This document shows, piece after piece, positions 7,534 through 7,926 of a DNA stretch of 7,926 nt. Both the position numbers and the translations under genes were made by a program. Numbering within the stretch: position 1 is the first letter of the stretch; the number at the start of each line of letters is the position of its first letter. Source of the stretch: a virus (lineage: Duplodnaviria > Heunggongvirae > Uroviricota > Caudoviricetes); the IMG/VR virus record IMGVR_UViG_2526164662_000016. One strand, written 5' to 3'. Under the pieces are notes generated by a model. That model made no database searches and had not been told where the DNA came from. It saw only the letters and a program-made list of their open reading frames with translations.

Positions 7534-7926
7534 GGTTATGGACTTCTCTGGGCGTCGCTTTTCTTCTGATTGCCGCATGGGGAACATCCATGCGTCTGTC
7601 GTGGTCGCTGGGCCGGGAGAACGCCAGAAACGAAGCGCAGGCCAGCACCCTGAAAAGTACCGTCGACACCCTGAATATCATCAGCGCCGGGGTACAGGAT
7701 ATGCAGCAGGTGCTGGCACAACTCCGCGTGGAAAATCAACAGCGAAATCAGGACGGAGAGGCCAGACGTGAACAGCTACGCAACGATATTGCAAAAGATG
7801 AATGCGCCCACGCTTTGCCTGACGCTCGTTTTACTGACAGGTTGCGCAGGCACGCAGAACGCGCCACGGCCAGCGCCGTCAGCCCGGCTTATACCGCAGA
7901 CGCTGACCATACCGGTAACGCCGCCC
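7530..7926 (+). CDS. i-spanin (Rz/LysB-like inner-membrane spanin), 3' partial, runs off the window end
   Basis: Found by my own translation; absent from the ORF track because there is no stop in the window. ATG 7530 overlaps the endolysin stop (ATGA). Product MRLWTSLGVAFLLIAAWGTSMRLSWSLGRENARNEAQASTLKSTVDTLNIISAGVQDMQQVLAQLRVENQQRNQDGEARREQLRNDIAKDE... has an N-terminal TM helix followed by a charged, Gln/Arg-rich, probably coiled-coil periplasmic region. Confidence 0.7.
   Translation, partial: MRLWTSLGVAFLLIAAWGTSMRLSWSLGRENARNEAQASTLKSTVDTLNIISAGVQDMQQVLAQLRVENQQRNQDGEARREQLRNDIAKDECAHALPDARFTDRLRRHAERATASAVSPAYTADADHTGNAA
7798..7926 (+). CDS. o-spanin (Rz1/LysC-like outer-membrane lipoprotein) embedded in the +1 frame of the i-spanin gene, 3' partial
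   Basis: My own translation from ATG 7798: MNAPTLCLTLVLLTGCAGTQNAPRPAPSARLIPQTLTIPVTPP... It has a lipoprotein signal peptide with lipobox LLTG|C and a proline-rich mature region, in a different frame from and wholly inside the i-spanin ORF. Confidence 0.7.
   Translation, partial: MNAPTLCLTLVLLTGCAGTQNAPRPAPSARLIPQTLTIPVTPP

Noticed and set aside
7538-7771. 77-aa ORF (MDFSGRRFSS...) from the six-frame track
   Set aside because: It is an alternative frame across the spanin region. Frame 0 from ATG 7530 encodes a TM helix plus coiled-coil i-spanin and is the coherent reading. The listed product is Arg/Gly-rich with no membrane anchor.
1-7926. CRISPR arrays, tRNA or tmRNA genes, integrase or transposase, IS elements
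   Set aside because: No regularly spaced direct repeats, no tRNA-like cloverleaf candidates and no recombinase-like ORFs were seen. The only repeats are the short palindromes and 7-mers already described.

Overview
This window is the head-morphogenesis and lysis module of a P2-like (Peduovirus-type) temperate phage or prophage from an enterobacterial-type host, colinear with the left arm of phage P2. Leftward genes are the portal (Q-like, 103..1149) and the terminase large/ATPase subunit (P-like, 1149..2898), which as given is broken into three reading frames by two single-base frame changes at homopolymer runs. Rightward genes are scaffold/protease (O-like), major capsid (N-like), terminase small subunit (M-like), head completion (L-like), tail protein X, a 3-TM holin, a GH108-type endolysin with an EGGY motif, and a partial i-spanin with an embedded lipoprotein o-spanin running off the window end. 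All protein assignments rest on reading the supplied translations, gene order, sizes and remembered P2 protein features; no database search was run. I see no CRISPR array, tRNA, integrase, transposase or recognisable defence or toxin system inside the window, so I cannot support a novel system here. The points most worth a second look are the two frameshifts in the terminase gene, the structured non-coding segments (downstream of Q near the expected cos position, N-M spacer, M-L spacer), and the lysis cassette, which differs from the P2 K/lysA arrangement. Variable cargo loci of P2-like prophages normally lie outside this window (left of cos, and within the tail gene block).
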